A stretch of DNA of 64,000 nucleotides from Narcine bancroftii (lineage: Eukaryota): positions 136,028,001 to 136,092,000 of the forward strand of contig NC_091469.1 in the NCBI RefSeq assembly GCF_036971445.1, written 5' to 3'. Positions within the stretch are counted from its first letter, which is position 1; each line of letters opens with the position of its first letter. This document shows positions 63,540-64,000 of this stretch, piece after piece. Below the pieces are notes generated by a model, which saw nothing but the letters and a program-made list of their open reading frames with translations, did not search any database and was not told where the DNA came from. A program made the position numbers and the translations under genes.

Positions 63540-64000
63540 TGTTATGATGTAATATTTGTAGATGTATTTAGGAGATAAATTGGTAAAATTAGAGTAGGTT
63601 ACATACATACACACACATTTTAAAATGGATCTTATTTTAAATACTGAAGAATTCATATTCAGTGACTTTACAGAAACTATGGAGAATGCTATGCAATTTC
63701 ACTTGTAGGTGCTAATTGAAATGATGTCATGAAATGAATGAACTGGAGACAGATCGTCAGTGTTGAACATTTTTACAAGACTTTTGACCTATCTGCAAAG
63801 TGCCCACTCAAAGGTCAATGAGAGGTTTGTTTACCTACAGGCTCCTATTGTTTACTGGAGAAGGAGGGGGTTTTGGCAAGTGAGAGAGAGAAGGACATGT
63901 GGCTGGAAGCTGGAATCTGAGATAGAGAGGAGTCACAGCTGAAACAAGCAGCAGAAGCTTGTTGGAACTGAAACAACAGCTCCAGAGTGGTAGATGGCTG
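63540..64000 (+). mobile_element. LTR related to family A, running off the window end
   Basis: Starts TG; shares 'ggagataaattgg..tagagtaggttaca', 'gatcttattt.aaatactg' and 'ggaactgaaaca' with 40825-41806. Confidence 0.7.

Overview
Eukaryotic, AT-rich, repeat-dense DNA. The repeat content (CR1/HER1-type LINEs, tRNA-head SINEs, Rex1/Babar, L1, L2, RTE, Penelope-like elements, Gypsy/solo LTRs, hAT, Tc1/mariner, Harbinger-like and Chapaev3-like DNA transposons) points to a cartilaginous fish, probably a ray; this is inference from repeat motifs only. I find no recognisable intact host protein-coding gene. The window looks intergenic or deep-intronic, with a few weak exon candidates. Most entries in the ORF track are decayed transposon fragments, simple repeats or chance ORFs. 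The main finding is a complete 2.4-kb L1-derived element (56232-58653). It has an intact 5' end, a poly(A) tail and a perfect 16-bp target-site duplication, encodes only ORF1, and carries a captured HSP90-alpha coding fragment where ORF2 should be. Both the ORF1 and the HSP90 piece show strong sense-strand C-to-T change. Other notable items: a 91-bp inverted templated insertion in a solo LTR, a 135-nt hairpin with pre-miRNA-like geometry near a TATA/CCAAT cluster, hammerhead-ribozyme relics in Penelope termini, a 4 x 164-bp tandem array, and a duplicated ~130-bp segment with a MEIS site. Repeat boundaries are approximate unless a TSD or terminal motif is quoted. Family names come from motif recognition, not database searches.
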